Part shown: piece after piece, positions 43,616 through 53,234 of the stretch
Numbering within the stretch: position 1 is the stretch's first letter
How the letters are laid out: the number at the start of each line of letters is the position of its first letter
Source of the DNA: an uncultured delta proteobacterium
GTDB taxonomy: Bacteria; Myxococcota_A; UBA9160; SMWR01
Assembly (NCBI GenBank): GCA_963832165.1
Contig: CAWHTE010000001.1
Coordinates: 192,001-256,000 of the forward strand
Direction: 5' to 3'
DNA: 64,000 bases
Program-made: the position numbers and the translations under genes
Notes under the pieces: model-generated
The model's input: the letters and a program-made list of their open reading frames with translations, nothing else
Databases searched by the model: none
Told to the model about the DNA's origin: nothing

Positions 43616-43789
43616 TCAAGGTGCGTCGGGGTCAGATAGAGCCCTGTGGCGCGCGGTGCGGCGGATGTGCGATTCGCCGAACGGCTCGAGCCGGTAGGCG
43701 ATCCCCTTCGCGCGCAGATAGGCCTCGAGCTTGCCGGTGAAGTACGAAGCCGTGGTGCCGTAGATGGTGAGCGCGGTGGCGCCCGTCAT
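43616..43789 (-). pseudogene. N-terminal fragment of a glutathione S-transferase
   Basis: IYG...SYFTGKLEAYLRAKGI then stop after 57 aa at the island edge. Confidence 0.7.
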
Positions 43790-43791
43790 CG

Positions 43792-45219
43792 CTAGCGCGC
43801 GAGCGCCGCGAGCAGCTTCTCCCAAACGCCGCCGAAGTCGCCGTTGCTCATCACCACGGCGACGTCACCCGGCTGTGCAGTGGCGGCGATGTGCGCGACG
43901 ATCGCGTCGACGTCGGGCAGCGCCACGGCGGGTACGCCGCGCGCGGTGATGTCTGCGGCGAGCTGCTCCGCGGAGAAGCGCTCGGTGACCTCGCCCGTGG
44001 CGCTGTAGATCGGCGTGTCGGGCACGATCCGGATCACCACCGTGCCGGCCCGGTCGAACGACTGCGCATACTGCTGCTGGAACACCTTGCGCCGGCTCGT
44101 GTTGGTGCGCGGCTCGAAGATCGCCACCACGCGCCGGCCCGGATAGCGCGCGCGCACGGCCTCGAGCGTGGCGGACACGGCGGTCGGATGATGCGCGAAG
44201 TCGTCGAGCACGGTCACGCCGCGTGCTTCGCCGCGCACCTCGAGCCGGCGGCGCACGCCGCGGAATTGCGCGAGCGCCGCTGCGGCATCGGCGAGCGGTA
44301 CGCCGAGCTCGACCACGGCCCCGAGACCCGCGACGGCGTTCTCGATGTTGTGCGCGCCGTAGAGCGGAACGAGCGTGGAGACCGCGGCGCCGCCGGGCCC
44401 GCGCAGGACGAAACGCGTGCCGCGCTCGTCCGATGAAAGATCCGTGGCGGCGTAATCGAAATCGCCGCCGCTGCCCACGCCGTATCCGACCACGCGACAC
44501 GGCGCACCGCGCACCACGTCGCGCACGCCCTCGTGCGCGAGCGCGGCCACGATCGTTCCCTCGCGCGGCATCTGCCGCACGAGCGTGCGGAACGCGTCCT
44601 TCACGTGCTCGAGGTCGCGGTAGATGTCGGCGTGGTCGAACTCCACCGACGTCACCACGAGCGTGCGCGGGTGGTAGTGCAGGAACTTCGGCGTCTTGTC
44701 GAAGAACGCGGTGTCGTATTCGTCGCCCTCGACCACGAAGTGCGAGCCTGCGCCCTCGCGGAAGCTGCCGTCGAAGTCGAGCGCGTGTCCGCCCACGAGC
44801 AGCGACGGGTCGCGGCCGCAGCGCAGCAGGAGCGACGCGAGCAGGCTCGTCGTGGTGGTCTTGCCGTGCGTACCGGAGACCACCACCGAGTGCTTGCCCG
44901 CGATCGCGAGCTCGTAGAGCGCGTCGGAGAACGAGCGGTAGGGCAGGCCCTCGTCGATGGCTGCGCGCGCCTCGGGGTTGTCGGGGCGCACGGCATTGCC
45001 GATCACCACGAGGTCGGGGTCGGCCGCGTGCACGTGCTCGGCGCGGAAGCCGTCGTTCACGCGGATGCCCCAGGTCTCGAGCAGCGTGCTCATGGGCGGG
45101 TAGAGGTGATCGTCGGAGCCCGTCACGCGCAGGCCGCGCGCGTGCAGCAGGCCCGCGAGGCTGCCCATGCCCGTTCCACCGATCGCTACGAAGTGGACGC
45201 TGCGCGGAGTCTCACTCAC
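43792..45219 (-). CDS. mpl: murein peptide ligase
   Basis: IGGTGMGSLA, YPPMST, GTHGKTTT, EGDEYDTAFFDK, DDFAHHPTA, EPRTNT, MSNG. Confidence 0.93.
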   Translation of the reverse strand: MSETPRSVHFVAIGGTGMGSLAGLLHARGLRVTGSDDHLYPPMSTLLETWGIRVNDGFRAEHVHAADPDLVVIGNAVRPDNPEARAAIDEGLPYRSFSDALYELAIAGKHSVVVSGTHGKTTTTSLLASLLLRCGRDPSLLVGGHALDFDGSFREGAGSHFVVEGDEYDTAFFDKTPKFLHYHPRTLVVTSVEFDHADIYRDLEHVKDAFRTLVRQMPREGTIVAALAHEGVRDVVRGAPCRVVGYGVGSGGDFDYAATDLSSDERGTRFVLRGPGGAAVSTLVPLYGAHNIENAVAGLGAVVELGVPLADAAAALAQFRGVRRRLEVRGEARGVTVLDDFAHHPTAVSATLEAVRARYPGRRVVAIFEPRTNTSRRKVFQQQYAQSFDRAGTVVIRIVPDTPIYSATGEVTERFSAEQLAADITARGVPAVALPDVDAIVAHIAATAQPGDVAVVMSNGDFGGVWEKLLAALAR

Positions 45220-46432
45220 CGTCGGACGGTTCCTCTTCGCTCGGCGCATCGCCCTCGCTCTTCGGCTCGCGCGGCGGTGGCTCCGCGAGGAAGCCCTCCA
45301 TCACGAGATCGTGCACGATCGGGCGCAGCTCGAAGCGGCTCTTCTTGGCCACCTGATGCACGCGGTTCGAGAGCATCACGACGATCGCCTCGCGTTCCAG
45401 ATCGATCCACAGCGATGTCCCCGTGAAGCCGAGGTGCCCGATCGAGCGCGCCGAGAAGTACTGGCCCGACGAGGACTGCCCCGGCGTCGGCGTGTCCCAG
45501 CCGAGCGCCCAGTCCGAATCCTTCGGCAGCTGCTGGCGTTCGCTGAAGGCCTGCAGCGCTGCGCGGGGCAGCGCGTCGCTGCGGCCGTGCCAGACGTCCA
45601 CCACGGCCTGCGCGAAGCGCATCACGTCGTCGGCCGTGGAGAACAGGCCCGCGTGGCCCGCGATGCCGCCCATCGCCCACGCGTTCGGGTCGTGCACCTC
45701 GCCCCAGACGATCCGCTCGCGCCACGGGCAGTTCTCGGTGGCGGCGACGCGTCGGCGCTGCGCCTCGGACAGCTCGCCGCCGCCGCCCACGGGCACGAAG
45801 AACGTCTCGCGCATGCCGAGCGGCTCGAACACGCGCTCGCGGCAGTAGTCATCGAGGCGCCGCTGCGTCACCGCCTCCACCACCGCGCCCAGCGTGATGA
45901 AGTCGAGGTCGCCGTACACGGCGGCCTCGCCGGGCGCGTGCACGAGCGCCGAGCGCACGATCCGGTCGATCACGAACTCTCGCGCTGCGGGTGTCGCGAG
46001 CCAGCGCTCGCCGGTCTTGTGCTCGCGCTCGAGCAGCAGCTCGTGGAAGCCGCGCCAGGGCTTGAGCCCGGACGAGTGCGTGAGCAGATGGCGGATCGTC
46101 ACGATGTCCTTGCCGCGCTCCGCGAACGCGGGCAGGTACTTCGCGACCGGCGCATCGAGATCGACGCTGCCCTCGTGCACGAGCCAGAGCAGCGCGCTCG
46201 TGGTGGCCATCGGCTTGGTCAGCGACGCGAGATCGAAGATCGTCTCGCGCGTCATCGGGATGCGCTCGGGCCGCACCACGGCGTGACCGCGCACCGAGAG
46301 GTGCTCGATGATCTCGCCCTCGCGCGGCATGCGCGCGAGCACGACCGCGCCCGGGATCTCGGCGGATTCGATCGCCTTGTCGAGCGCGCGATCGATCTTC
46401 GCGAGCTTGCGCCGAATCAGACTCCACTTCAC
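45212..46432 (-). CDS. serine hydrolase, beta-lactamase class C-like
   Basis: DLASLTK (SxxK), LLTHSSG, VHDPNA, GHAGLF, GHLGFTGTS. Confidence 0.88.
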   Translation of the reverse strand: MKWSLIRRKLAKIDRALDKAIESAEIPGAVVLARMPREGEIIEHLSVRGHAVVRPERIPMTRETIFDLASLTKPMATTSALLWLVHEGSVDLDAPVAKYLPAFAERGKDIVTIRHLLTHSSGLKPWRGFHELLLEREHKTGERWLATPAAREFVIDRIVRSALVHAPGEAAVYGDLDFITLGAVVEAVTQRRLDDYCRERVFEPLGMRETFFVPVGGGGELSEAQRRRVAATENCPWRERIVWGEVHDPNAWAMGGIAGHAGLFSTADDVMRFAQAVVDVWHGRSDALPRAALQAFSERQQLPKDSDWALGWDTPTPGQSSSGQYFSARSIGHLGFTGTSLWIDLEREAIVVMLSNRVHQVAKKSRFELRPIVHDLVMEGFLAEPPPREPKSEGDAPSEEEPSDGE

Positions 46433-47370
46433 GACGCGATCACCGGCTCACGACCCCCACTTCGAGCAGCTCGAGCGTGCCCACGAGCGCCGTCGATCGT
46501 AGCGCGCGCGCCGACCGGCCACGCGCGGTTGTCCTTGCAGTGACCGAACGGAAGGCCCGTGACGAGCGGGATGCGCAGCGCGCCCGCGATCTCCGCCACC
46601 ACGTCCTCCGCGGAGGGCTCCGGGTAACGCTCGTCCTTGCACGCGATGAAGGCGCCGCAGCCGATCCCCGCGAGTCGCGCGAGCTTGCCCGCGCCGCGCA
46701 GCTGCTGGAGCAGGCGGTCGATCCGGTAGGGCGCTTCGTTGACCTCTTCGATCAAGAGGATCGCGCCGCGCGTGTCGATCTCCCACGGCGTACCGAGGCT
46801 CGCCGCGACGAGCACGAGGTTTCCGCCCACGAGGCGACCGGTGCCGCGGCCCTTCACGCGCGCGGTGCCGGTCCAGCGCCGGTCCGCCGCATCGCGCGCG
46901 CCGGTGAGAGCTGCGACCAGCGCGCGCATCGCCCCCGGATCGACGTCGCTGCCGCGCTCGAGCATCGGACCGTGGAACCCGACCAGGCCCGCGCAGCGCC
47001 GCTGCCAGAGCAGGAGCGCCGTCGCGTCGCTGTAGCCGACCAATGGCTTGCGCGCCGCGCGAAACTTCTTCGCGTCGAGCCGATCGAGGATGCGCGGCAG
47101 GCCGTAGCCGCCGCGCGCACACACGATCGCGTCGATCTCCGGATTCGCGATGAGCTCCGCGAGCTCGGCGGCGCGCCGGTCGTCGTCGCCCGCGAGATAG
47201 GCATGCCGCGCGACCACGTCGTCGCGGTGTACGACGCGGAAGCCCGCCGCCTCCCATACCTTCTTCCCGCCCGCGAGCAGCAGGGGGTCGACCGGGCCGC
47301 CCGGCGCCGCGATGCCGAGCGTCGCGCCGGGCGCGATCGCGCGCGGCTTGAGGAGCCGCGGGGCGCTCAC
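46429..47370 (-). CDS. ldcA: LD-carboxypeptidase (S66); probable frameshift near 46480, corrected stop ~46440
   Basis: ARGGYG, GYSD, HGPM, GGNL, EEVNE.PYRIDR, PFGH. Confidence 0.92.
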   Translation of the reverse strand: MSAPRLLKPRAIAPGATLGIAAPGGPVDPLLLAGGKKVWEAAGFRVVHRDDVVARHAYLAGDDDRRAAELAELIANPEIDAIVCARGGYGLPRILDRLDAKKFRAARKPLVGYSDATALLLWQRRCAGLVGFHGPMLERGSDVDPGAMRALVAALTGARDAADRRWTGTARVKGRGTGRLVGGNLVLVAASLGTPWEIDTRGAILLIEEVNEAPYRIDRLLQQLRGAGKLARLAGIGCGAFIACKDERYPEPSAEDVVAEIAGALRIPLVTGLPFGHCKDNRAWPVGARATIDGARGHARAARSGGREPVIAS

Positions 47371-47372
47371 GA

Positions 47373-48884
47373 CTAGAAGAAGCCCTCTTCGGACGAGCCC
47401 GTCCCGAAGTCGTCACCGCCTCCGGAGAATCCGCCGGCCAGGGGCCCCGCCTCGGAGCCGAAGCCGGGCCGAGCGGGCAGGCCGAGCTCGCTGCGGCGCT
47501 GGTCGGAGAGGTCGCTGAACTTCGCGTACTTGCCGTCGAACTGGAGCTTGATCGTGCCGGTCGGGCCGTTGCGCTGCTTGGCGACGATCAGCTCGGCGAT
47601 CCCGTGGTTCTCTTCCTTGGGGTTGTACACCTCGTCGCGGTAGATGAACGCGATCAGGTCCGCGTCCTGCTCGATCGCACCCGACTCGCGCAGGTCGCCC
47701 ATGTTGGGCCGTCGCTTGTCGGGGTCGCGCTGCTCGGGGCCGCGATTGAGCTGCGAGAGCGCCACCACGGGGATGTCGAGCTGCTTCGCGAGTGCTTTGA
47801 GGCCGTGGCTGATCTCGCCGATCTCGAGGTCCTTGCGCTGGGTGGGCGTGTTGCCGTGCGCGAGCTGGAGATAATCGAGCACCACGAGGTCGAGCCCGTG
47901 CTCCGACTTGAGGCGTCGGCAGCGCGCCTTGATCTCGAGGATCGTGATCGTGCCCGAATCGTCCATCCAGATCGTCGCGTCCGAGAGCCGGTTCGCGGCG
48001 CGCTGGATCTTCTTGTAGTCCTCGGCGTGGCCGTAGCCCTTGCGGAAGCCCGTGAGGTCGACGCGCGCCTCCGAGGCGAGCAGCCGCAGCACGAGCGAGC
48101 GCTTGGTCATCTCGAGCGAGAAGATCGCGACCTTCTTGTGGTGATCGACGGCGGCGTTGCGCGCGAGGTTGAGCGCGAGCGCGGTCTTTCCCATGCTCGG
48201 CCGCGCCGCGATGATCACGAGCTCGCCGGGCTGCAGCCCGCCCGTGTCGGCGTCGAGGTCCTTGAAGCCCGTCGGCACGCCCGTGAGCTCGCCGCTGCTG
48301 CGCATGAGCGCCTCGACGTGATCCATCGCGTCGTGGAGCCCGCCGTCGAGCGGCGTGAAGATCGGGCGCGCCTTGTTCTGGCCGAGCTCGAAGATCTTCG
48401 ACTCGGCGAAGTCGAGCAGCGGCTCGGCGCGCTCGCTCTGCTCGAAGGCCGCCTCGGTGATCTCGGACGACACGCGAATCAGGCTGCGCTTCACCGACTT
48501 GTCGCGCACGATCTTCGCGTGGTGCACGACGTTGGCCGCGGTGGCTTCGTAGTCGGCGAGCTCGGCCAGCGCCACGAGACCCCCGACGCGGTCGAGCTTC
48601 TTGGCCGCGTTCAGGTGATCGGAGAGCGTGTGCAGGTCGACGGGCTCGTTCTCGTCCTGGAGCGAGAGCATCGCCTTGTAGATAATCTGGTGCGACGGGT
48701 GATAGAAGTCTTCCGGCGCAACTTCGTTGAGCACCGAGTGGATCGCCGCGTTGTCGATCAGGAGCGCCGAGAGCACGGCCTTCTCGGCTTCGAGATCGTG
48801 GGGCGGAATCCTTCCGATCACGCCATCGGGCAACCCGGATCCGTCGGACCCGTCGCGCGAACCTGTGCTGGATGACCGCGCCAC
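47373..48884 (-). CDS. dnaB: replicative DNA helicase
   Basis: PPHDLEAE, AARPSMGKT, FSLEM, DYLQL, LSQLNR, LRESGAIEQDAD, KQRNGP. Confidence 0.97.
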   Translation of the reverse strand: MARSSSTGSRDGSDGSGLPDGVIGRIPPHDLEAEKAVLSALLIDNAAIHSVLNEVAPEDFYHPSHQIIYKAMLSLQDENEPVDLHTLSDHLNAAKKLDRVGGLVALAELADYEATAANVVHHAKIVRDKSVKRSLIRVSSEITEAAFEQSERAEPLLDFAESKIFELGQNKARPIFTPLDGGLHDAMDHVEALMRSSGELTGVPTGFKDLDADTGGLQPGELVIIAARPSMGKTALALNLARNAAVDHHKKVAIFSLEMTKRSLVLRLLASEARVDLTGFRKGYGHAEDYKKIQRAANRLSDATIWMDDSGTITILEIKARCRRLKSEHGLDLVVLDYLQLAHGNTPTQRKDLEIGEISHGLKALAKQLDIPVVALSQLNRGPEQRDPDKRRPNMGDLRESGAIEQDADLIAFIYRDEVYNPKEENHGIAELIVAKQRNGPTGTIKLQFDGKYAKFSDLSDQRRSELGLPARPGFGSEAGPLAGGFSGGGDDFGTGSSEEGFF

Positions 48885-48929
48885 CGCACCCCCATTCGGT
48901 GTGAGCGGGTCTCGATCTTACCAGAGACG

Positions 48930-49532
48930 CTACTCGCTCGGAGCGGATTCCTCGTCGGTCTTGCGCGGCCGCTCGTCTTCTTCCTCGTCGTCATCGTCGT
49001 CGTCTTCGTCGCGGCGGCGCCGGCGCCGCCGATCGTCGACCTCTTCCTCGGGCGCCTCCTCGTCCTCGGGGGACGGTCCGCCCTCGGCCACGACGTTGAC
49101 CGTGACCTGCGCGATCAGCTCGCGCAGCAGCTTCACGGACACTTTGTGTTCGCCGACTTCCTTGATCGGATCGCGCAGATCGATCCGGCGCCGATCGATG
49201 TCGAGACCCGCGGCCGCGATCTTCTCCGCGATCTGCGCCGTGGTCACGGATCCAAACAGCTTTCCGCTTTCGCCCGCGCGCGCGCCCACCTCGATCCGGA
49301 GCGCTTCGAGACGCGCCTTGACCGCCTGGAGGTCCTTGAGCTCGCGCGCAGCCTTCTCCTCCGCGATCCGCCGCTTGTGCTCGAACTCCGCCACGCGCGA
49401 CTCGGTCGCGAGCATGGCCTTGCCCTGGGGGAGCAGGAAGTTGCGAGCGAAGCCGGGCCGGACGCTCACGAGGTCGCCCGCCTCGCCGAGGCGGTGGATC
49501 GATTCCACGAGGATGAGTTTCACGTTCGCCAT
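48930..49532 (-). CDS. rplI: 50S ribosomal protein L9 with charged C-terminal extension
   Basis: LGEAGD.VSVRPGFARNFLLP, KLFGSVT. Confidence 0.97.
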   Translation of the reverse strand: MANVKLILVESIHRLGEAGDLVSVRPGFARNFLLPQGKAMLATESRVAEFEHKRRIAEEKAARELKDLQAVKARLEALRIEVGARAGESGKLFGSVTTAQIAEKIAAAGLDIDRRRIDLRDPIKEVGEHKVSVKLLRELIAQVTVNVVAEGGPSPEDEEAPEEEVDDRRRRRRRDEDDDDDDEEEDERPRKTDEESAPSE

Positions 49533-49535
49533 CGC

Positions 49536-50057
49536 CTACTCCCGATCCTCGTCGTCGTCGCGATCGCGCCGGACGCGATCCCGCTCGCGATCGTCCTCGT
49601 CCACGTCCAGGTCCACGTCCTCGTCGTCGTCGCGGTCGCCCACCGCCGTCGCCTCTTCGGCCATGCGCGCGGCGTCCTCGGCGTCGCGCACGGCTTTCTC
49701 GGCCGCGCGCTTCTTGCGGTCTTCCTCGAGCGCGACGGCCTCGGTGCGGCGCGCCTCGACGTCCGTGACCGCGTCGTTCGCGAGCACGGTCAGGAAGCGC
49801 AGGATCGAGTCGTCGAGCCGCGCAGAGCGCTCGAGCTCCGGTATCACCTTGCCGTCCGAGAGGAAGTGGAGGACCTGGTAGTGGCCCTTCTGGAAGTTCC
49901 GGATCTCGTAGGCGAGGCGCCGGCGGCCCCAATCTTCGTAGAAGAGCTTCTCGGAGTTGTGGCTGGCGAGAATGCCCTCGAAGCGCTGCGAGATCGCCTG
50001 GACGCCTTCGTCCGTGATCTCCGGCTGAACGACGAACGTAAACTCGTATTCGCGCAA
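49536..50057 (-). CDS. rpsF: 30S ribosomal protein S6 with charged C-terminal extension
   Basis: MREYE, WGRRRLAYEI, ILRFL; AGGAGG RBS. Confidence 0.95.
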   Translation of the reverse strand: MREYEFTFVVQPEITDEGVQAISQRFEGILASHNSEKLFYEDWGRRRLAYEIRNFQKGHYQVLHFLSDGKVIPELERSARLDDSILRFLTVLANDAVTDVEARRTEAVALEEDRKKRAAEKAVRDAEDAARMAEEATAVGDRDDDEDVDLDVDEDDRERDRVRRDRDDDEDRE

Positions 50058-50159
50058 GATCCCTCCTGGACGGGCCCCGTTCGGGGTGCCGGGCCCGCGC
50101 GCGGCGGGCCGAGGAATGGGCGGCCCAGGGGGCCGCTCGTGGGGGCGCTACCGGTAGCA

Positions 50160-50726
50160 CTACCGGGCGGCTGAAACCAGCGCGGCGTGGACGCGGGAGT
50201 CGTCCGTGAGCTCGGGGTGGAACGTCGTGGCCCAGACCTTTCCCTGGCGCACGGCGACCGGCCAGCCGTCGTGGCGCGCGAGGACCTCCACGTCCGGGCC
50301 GGGACGGCGCAGCCGGGGCGCTCGGATGAACACGCAGCGCATGCCGGCCCAGGGGCCGGCCTCCGCGGGCGCCGCGAACGAGTCCACCTGGGTGCCGTAG
50401 GCATTGCGGATCGCGATCACGTCGAGGAGGCCCAGGCTGCGCACGGCGTGATTCTCCACCTCGCGCGCGAGCAGGATCGCGCCCGCGCACGTGCCTAGCA
50501 CCGGGCGCCCCGCGCGCGCGAACGCCTCGATCGGCTCGTAGAGCGCGAGCCGATCGAGGCCCTTCGAGATCGTGGTGCTCTCGCCGCCGGGCAGGATCAG
50601 CGCGTCGAGCCCGTCGAGCTCCTTCGCGCGCCGCACCGCGATCGCTTCGGCGCCCAGGCGCTCGACCGCTTTCGCGTGCGCGTCGACGTCGCCCTGGATC
50701 GCGAGAATTCCCACCCGGGTCGTCAC
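50160..50726 (-). CDS. pdxT: PLP synthase glutaminase subunit
   Basis: LAIQG, PGGESTT, GTCAG, RNAYGTQ, FIRAP, FHPEL. Confidence 0.95.
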   Translation of the reverse strand: MTTRVGILAIQGDVDAHAKAVERLGAEAIAVRRAKELDGLDALILPGGESTTISKGLDRLALYEPIEAFARAGRPVLGTCAGAILLAREVENHAVRSLGLLDVIAIRNAYGTQVDSFAAPAEAGPWAGMRCVFIRAPRLRRPGPDVEVLARHDGWPVAVRQGKVWATTFHPELTDDSRVHAALVSAAR

Positions 50727-50731
50727 GACGG

Positions 50732-51646
50732 CTACCAACCTCGGTTCGCGAGCCGCTCGTGCTCCGCGAGCTTCTCCATCTCGATGCCGGGCATCGCGGC
50801 CGCGAGGCCGCGGCTCGCCGCGAGCACCTCTTCGGGGTCGCTCCAGTGCGTGGTCGCGCGCACGACTGCGCGCGCGCGCGCGGCGGGATCCTCGCTCTTG
50901 AAGATCCCCGAGCCCACGAACACGGCCTCGGCGCCGAGCGCCATGCACAGCGCCGCGTCGGCGGGCGTGGCGATCCCGCCCGCGGCGAAGTTCGGCACGG
51001 GCAGCTTCCCGTCGCGCGCCACCGCCTTCACGATCTCGTACGGAGCCTGGAGCTCCTTCGCTCGCGTTGCGACCTCTTCGGGGCGCAGCGCCGCGAGCGC
51101 GCGGATCTCGCCCGTCACCGCGCGCAGGTGGCGCACCGCCTCCACGATGTTGCCGCTGCCGGCCTCGCCCTTGGTGCGGATCATCGCGGCGCCCTCGCCG
51201 ATCCGGCGCAGCGCCTCGCCGAGGTTGCGCGCGCCGCACACGAACGGCGAGCGGAAGTCGTGCTTCGCGACGTGGTGCTCCTCGTCGGCCGGTGTCAGCA
51301 CTTCGCTCTCGTCGATGAAGTCGACGCCGAGCGACTCGAGCACGCGCGCCTCGAGGAAGTGCCCGATCCGCACCTTCGCCATCACCGGGATCGAGACGCA
51401 GCGCTGGATGCCCTCGATCACCTCGATGCTGCACATGCGCGCGACGCCGCCCTCCTTGCGGATGTCGGCCGGCACGCGCTCGAGCGCCATCACGGCCGCG
51501 GCGCCCGCCTCCTCGGCGATCTTCGCCTGATCCGGGTTGGTGACGTCCATGATCACGCCGCCCTTGAGCATCTCGGCCAGGCCGATCTTGATCTCGATCG
51601 ACTGCGCCCCGCGCCGTTCTCCGCCGTCTCCGTTGGTTTGGCTCAT
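50732..51646 (-). CDS. pdxS: PLP synthase lyase subunit
   Basis: [42 protein letters not shown]. Confidence 0.97.
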   Translation of the reverse strand: MSQTNGDGGERRGAQSIEIKIGLAEMLKGGVIMDVTNPDQAKIAEEAGAAAVMALERVPADIRKEGGVARMCSIEVIEGIQRCVSIPVMAKVRIGHFLEARVLESLGVDFIDESEVLTPADEEHHVAKHDFRSPFVCGARNLGEALRRIGEGAAMIRTKGEAGSGNIVEAVRHLRAVTGEIRALAALRPEEVATRAKELQAPYEIVKAVARDGKLPVPNFAAGGIATPADAALCMALGAEAVFVGSGIFKSEDPAARARAVVRATTHWSDPEEVLAASRGLAAAMPGIEMEKLAEHERLANRGW

Positions 51647-51678
51647 CTCGTTTCTCCCTTTCTCCCTGTCTCGAAGGT

Positions 51679-53169
51679 TCAAACCGGAACGCGACCCGCC
51701 GCGGGCGCGCCGTTCGCGCGGTGCGCCGCGATCACGCGTGCGAGCACCTCGACGCCGCGCCGCAGCGCGTCCTCGTCCGCCATCGCGAACGCGAGCCGCA
51801 GCGCGTTCGACGGCCGGCCGTCGTGATAGAACTGCGAGCCCGGCGCGAATAGCACACCCGACGCGACCGCGTCCGCGAGCAGGTCGCGCGTGTCGACCGC
51901 GCCCGGCAGCTCGAGCCACACCTGGTAGCCGCCCTCGGGATCGGTCCAACGCGCGCCCTCGGGCATGTGCTGTGCGAGCGCTTCGAGCAGCGCGTCGCGC
52001 CGACCGCGCAGCACGCGGCGCAGCCGCGAGAGATGGCGGTCGTACTCGCCGCTCCCGACGAACTCCGCGAGCGCGGCCTGGATCGGCAGCGCGTCGGAGA
52101 GATCGCTCGCGTGTTTGAGCGCGAGCACGGCCTCGCGCAGCCGGCCGCGCGCGGTCACGGCGCCTACGCGCGCGCCCGGAAACAGCGACTTCGAGAACGA
52201 GAACAGGTGCACGACGAGGCCGCTCGTGTCGAGGCCCGCGAGCGGCGCGACGGGTGTGCCCGCGAAGCGCAGGTCCATCTCGTAGCCGTCCTCGATCACG
52301 GGCACGCCCGCGCGGCGAGCGATTTCGAGCAGCGCGCGGCGGTGCGCGAGATCGGTGGTGGTTCCGAGCGGGTTGTGGAAGGTCGGGATCGTGTAGAACG
52401 CCTTCACCTCGGGCCGCGCGAGCGTCTGTTCGAGCTGCGCGAGGTCGACGCCGCTGTCGCGCATCGGCACGGGCGCCGTGCGCAGCCCGAGCGCGATCGC
52501 TGCGCCGAGCACGTTGTTGTAGGTGGGCTCTTCGAGCGCCACGACGTCGCCGGGCGTGCAGAACAATCGCAGCGCGAGCGCGATCCCCTGGCTCGCGCCG
52601 TGACAGAGCACGAGCTCGTCGGGTCCGACGGGCATGGCGGCATCACTCATTCGCTGCGCGAGCACCTCGCGCAGCGTCGCGTCGCCCTGTGGGCTGCCGT
52701 AGATCAAGAGCTCGGGCCCGCCGCGCGCGAGCGCGCGGTTGAGCGCGCGCCGGAACGATTCGGCCGGATAGAGCGAGGGATCGGGAATCAGCGCGTGCAT
52801 TGCGACCGCGTCGCGCGCGCTGCCGAAGCGCGGCCGCGCGCGCTCGAACTCGAGCAGCCGCTCCACCACGGGCGAGAGCGCGGGTGCGAACGGCGCAGGC
52901 GCCCCGTACGTGGGCGCCTGCTCACTCTCGGCCACGAACGTGCCGCGGCCGACCGCCGACTCGATCACGCCGTCGGCCGCGAGCGCCTCGTACGCGGTCG
53001 CCACGGTGTCGCGGTGCACGCCGAGCTCGCGCGCGAGGTCGCGGATCGCGGGCAGCCGCGCGCCCGACCCGAGGCCGTTGCGCGCGATCGCGGCGCGTAC
53101 TGCCTCGGCGATCTGCAGGTAGACCGGGCGTCCGCCGGCCTCTTGCTGCCGATTCCACTCGATCTGCAT
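51679..53169 (-). CDS. MocR/GntR-family PLP-dependent regulator (PdxR-like)
   Basis: GntR HTH ([17 protein letters not shown]) plus aminotransferase domain ([12 protein letters not shown]); adjacent to pdxST. Confidence 0.9.
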   Translation of the reverse strand: MQIEWNRQQEAGGRPVYLQIAEAVRAAIARNGLGSGARLPAIRDLARELGVHRDTVATAYEALAADGVIESAVGRGTFVAESEQAPTYGAPAPFAPALSPVVERLLEFERARPRFGSARDAVAMHALIPDPSLYPAESFRRALNRALARGGPELLIYGSPQGDATLREVLAQRMSDAAMPVGPDELVLCHGASQGIALALRLFCTPGDVVALEEPTYNNVLGAAIALGLRTAPVPMRDSGVDLAQLEQTLARPEVKAFYTIPTFHNPLGTTTDLAHRRALLEIARRAGVPVIEDGYEMDLRFAGTPVAPLAGLDTSGLVVHLFSFSKSLFPGARVGAVTARGRLREAVLALKHASDLSDALPIQAALAEFVGSGEYDRHLSRLRRVLRGRRDALLEALAQHMPEGARWTDPEGGYQVWLELPGAVDTRDLLADAVASGVLFAPGSQFYHDGRPSNALRLAFAMADEDALRRGVEVLARVIAAHRANGAPAAGRVPV

Positions 53170-53176
53170 GGATCGG

Positions 53177-53206
53177 AACGTACAAGCCGACCAAATAGCC
53201 TGTCAA
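53177..53206 (-). promoter_or_regulatory. sigma70-type promoter of the pdxR-pdxST unit
   Basis: TTGACA-N18-TACGTT, 7 nt before ATG. Confidence 0.6.
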
Positions 53207-53234
53207 TCCGACAATAATCGGAATTTTTTCGCGA

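Larger units (their letters stand above)
30028..43789 (-). mobile_element. decayed integron cassette array / accessory island (no integrase in window; left boundary uncertain)
   Basis: Short co-oriented unrelated genes, visibly more A/T-rich codon use, about ten attC remnants between 34095 and 43535, two IS elements. Confidence 0.75.

Noticed and set aside
30028..43789. Integron integrase or attI site
   Set aside because: No tyrosine-recombinase ORF seen in the window
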